A stretch of 63,179 nucleotides of DNA, counting the filler, from Reticulomyxa filosa (Eukaryota > Protista > Foraminifera): assembly GCA_000512085.1 (NCBI GenBank). It is 18 parts of 18 records of this genome, joined end to end, with 100 filler letters (N's around TTAATTAATTAA, not from the genome) between each part and the next. Parts side by side here need not be neighbours in the genome. Positions count along the whole stretch, not along the records: positions 62,033 to 63,179 come from ASPP01005644.1; 17 more parts are not named here. One strand, given 5' to 3'. This document shows, in pieces, positions 63,157-63,179 of the stretch. The position numbers were made by a program, and so were the translations under genes. How positions within the stretch are numbered: the first letter of the stretch is position 1; every line of letters begins with the position of its first letter. A model generated the notes under the pieces. The model saw only the letters and a program-made list of their open reading frames with translations, was not told the DNA's origin and searched no databases.

Positions 63157-63179
63157 GTTAATAAAAAAGCAAAAAAAAA

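Noticed and set aside
1-63179. Alternative genetic code or stop-codon reassignment
   Set aside because: Conserved genes end in TAG, TAA and TGA and show no in-frame stops once introns are removed.

Overview
This is AT-rich, intron-rich eukaryotic genomic DNA. It is not one locus: 18 contig fragments are joined by 17 identical artificial 100-bp spacers (N44-TTAATTAATTAA-N44), so many genes are cut at contig ends. Composition, intron style and a lineage-typical WD40 family N-terminus (IHHWIRTLNIKLGWIKDFDKLVVNY...FRSSSKLINIFTGH) suggest the foraminiferan Reticulomyxa filosa or a relative; this is recognition from memory, not a database result. Recognisable genes: a PH-BEACH-WD40 protein, an intronless RING/TRAF-Zn-finger protein with a glycine-rich C-terminal domain, a cAMP-receptor/GCR1-like GPCR, an SLC35F-like transporter, a VPS9-like protein, a RING + PHD/ePHD chromatin protein, an FN3-like protein, ATG18/WIPI, RPS16 (uS9), a MAP kinase kinase, a Canopy-like saposin protein, a secreted Kelch protein, a WD40 protein, an NBR1-like autophagy receptor, NMNAT, an F-box protein, a multi-DEP protein, LACTB-like, RAB3GAP1 and PrimPol. 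The most interesting signals are: (i) a recurrent inverted intron architecture with GTT donors, T-rich 5' ends, A-rich 3' ends lacking a polypyrimidine tract, and stems that could bridge the splice sites; (ii) a hairpin-H-hairpin-ACA snoRNA candidate in RPS16 intron 3; (iii) the RING/TRAF-Gly-rich fusion; (iv) a homology-supported GC-AG intron in PrimPol; (v) five tight head-to-head gene pairs. I saw no tRNA, rRNA, CRISPR array or clear transposase. Exon boundaries were read by eye and are approximate unless stated.
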